Shown: piece by piece, positions 62,590 to 64,000 of the stretch
Layout: each line of letters begins with the position of its first letter
Numbering within the stretch: the first letter of the stretch is position 1
DNA from: Octopus sinensis
Taxonomy: Eukaryota
Direction: 5' to 3'
DNA length: 64,000 nt
NCBI RefSeq assembly: GCF_006345805.1
Contig: NC_043009.1
Location: forward strand, 7,192,001 to 7,256,000
The notes under the pieces: model-generated
Told to the model about the DNA's origin: nothing
What the model saw: the letters and a program-made list of their open reading frames with translations, nothing else
The model's database searches: none
Made by a program: the position numbers and the translations under genes

Positions 62590-62965
62590 TACATTTTAAA
62601 ACCTAGTGCTTATTCTATATCAATATTTTTTCACGAAATGCTACATTTATAGGGACACTAACATACCAACACCGGTTATTCGGTTGTCAAGCGGTGGTGG
62701 TGGGGTACATGCACAGACAACCCCGTAAATATATATATATATACATATACATACATGCATATACATACATACATGTGTGCGTGTGCGTGTGTGAGGGGGT
62801 ATCCGTGTCCGTGTCCGAAGTACTTCTTTCAGTTTCGGCTTCTAATTCTACTCATAAGGCTTTGGTCGACCGAAACTCTACTAGAAAACATTGGCTCGTG
62901 ATGTCATACAGTGGGACTGATCCTAGAACGATGCTGTTTGGAAGCAAATTTCTTACCACACAAAA
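62590..62965 (-). mobile_element. Diverged SINE-B
   Basis: cggttgtcaagcggtgg...ctttcagtttc...ggctttggtcgacc...cagtgggactga...tttcttaccacac. Confidence 0.75.
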
Positions 62966-63084
62966 CCCAAATTACAACCCCGTGAGAAACGTGCCAAACC
63001 CTTCACATGACACCTTCAATTAAATAGCACATCTCAAACAGTAAACTCCTTGCACACAGCAAATACTCTTAATAATTATTTCAA

Positions 63085-63285
63085 ATTGTGGCCACAAGGG
63101 CCGCTTGGGGGAAGTGGGGATGAGTCGATTACATCGACCCAAGTGTTCAACTGGTATTTATTTTATCGACCCCAAAACGATCAAGGCAAAGTCGGCTTCG
63201 GTGGAATTTGAAATCAGAACGTGGCGAAATACTGCCAAGCATGTCGTCCAGCTTGCTAACGATTCTGTCAGCTCACCGCCTTCAA
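63085..63285 (-). mobile_element. SINE-A (short tail)
   Basis: catcgaccccaagtgttcaactggta...ggcaaagtcggcttcggtggaatttgaaatcagaacg...cagctcaccgcc. Confidence 0.8.
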
Positions 63286-63624
63286 AAAATATATTCTTAA
63301 TAATGACACAAAACACGCAAAGCTAAAAGGTTATCTCATATACAAACATTATAACAGAAACCATATTTTACACATTCATCGTATACTTCAGTATAAATAA
63401 ATTTTTATTCATTGAGATAATTATTTATAATGTTCTGAATGATATTATTACCATCATATAATTCATAGACTTTGTGGCATATTTTAATGTAAAACCAAAT
63501 TGTTCATTTGTTCGTTGCACATTTACCTATCAGCAGTTCTTCGTTTTCCCTACTTATTGATAAAAATAGGTGCTGGTCAGTTTTTAGAATTTTTTAAACT
63601 GAAAGAATTAGAATAATTATTTCG

Positions 63625-63762
63625 TTGTTGCCCACAAGGGGCTAAACATAGAGAGGACAAACAAGGACAGACGAAGGGATTAAGTCAAATACATCGACCC
63701 CAGGGTGCAGTTGGTATTCATTTAATTGATCCCGAAGGAATGAAAGGTAATGTTGACCTCGG
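63625..63762 (-). mobile_element. SINE-A 3' part (long tail)
   Basis: ttgcccacaaggggctaaacatagagaggacaaacaaggacagac...gttgacctcgg. Confidence 0.8.
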
Positions 63763-63915
63763 CTCTGCTATACCACTGTGGAAGATATCACCCACATCAT
63801 CAACAGTTGCCCAAAATGTCTATGAGGTACTACCTTCCTTTGAGGTAGGATATTGTTGCAAGGACCATTTACAATGCTATCCGCATGAAGGACTGCCCTG
63901 ACGTATATATGAAAT
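63763..63915 (+). pseudogene. RLE-type LINE fragment (CCHC plus RHD region), another family
   Basis: LCYTTVEDITHIINSCPK/MSMRYYLPLR*DIVARTIYNAIR; one frameshift, RHD mutated. Confidence 0.7.
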
Positions 63916-63934
63916 GCATATGGGAACCAGCAGG

Positions 63935-64000
63935 TATTCTTAGCGATATTCCCTCTGCCTTTACGTTCTGAGTTCAAGCTCCCTCGAGGTCGACTTTGCC
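63935..64000 (+). mobile_element. SINE-A start, runs off the window
   Basis: ttagcgatattcc...cgttctgagttcaagctccctcgaggtcgactttgcc. Confidence 0.75.

Overview
Eukaryotic, AT-rich DNA packed with microsatellites and transposable elements, most likely from an octopus (coleoid cephalopod). The taxon is inferred from SINE and MITE sequence types I recall from octopus genomes and from the extreme microsatellite density; it was not database-verified. I find no confidently supported host protein-coding gene, rRNA, tRNA or CRISPR array, so the window looks intronic or intergenic. Nearly all ORF-track entries are microsatellite translations. Supported content: (1) four tRNA-derived SINE groups (my labels A-D), including head-to-tail SINE-A arrays and SINEs with swappable 3' tails; (2) several R4/Dong-like RLE LINE fragments at (TAA)n tracts, one of them young; (3) RTE, CR1-like and L1/Tx1-like LINE fragments; (4) a full-length degenerate mellifera-type mariner; (5) Tc1-like, piggyBac-like and telomere-repeat-bearing MITEs and a Helitron-like element; (6) Penelope-like repeats carrying minimal hammerhead ribozyme motifs. 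The best leads are a SINE subfamily that appears to insert into copies of itself at a GGTATTT site, an intact minimal hammerhead plus a back-to-back hammerhead pair, modular SINE tail swapping, a MITE with internal telomeric hexamers, and a pre-miRNA-sized hairpin. Coordinates were read by hand and element edges may be off by about 10-20 bp.
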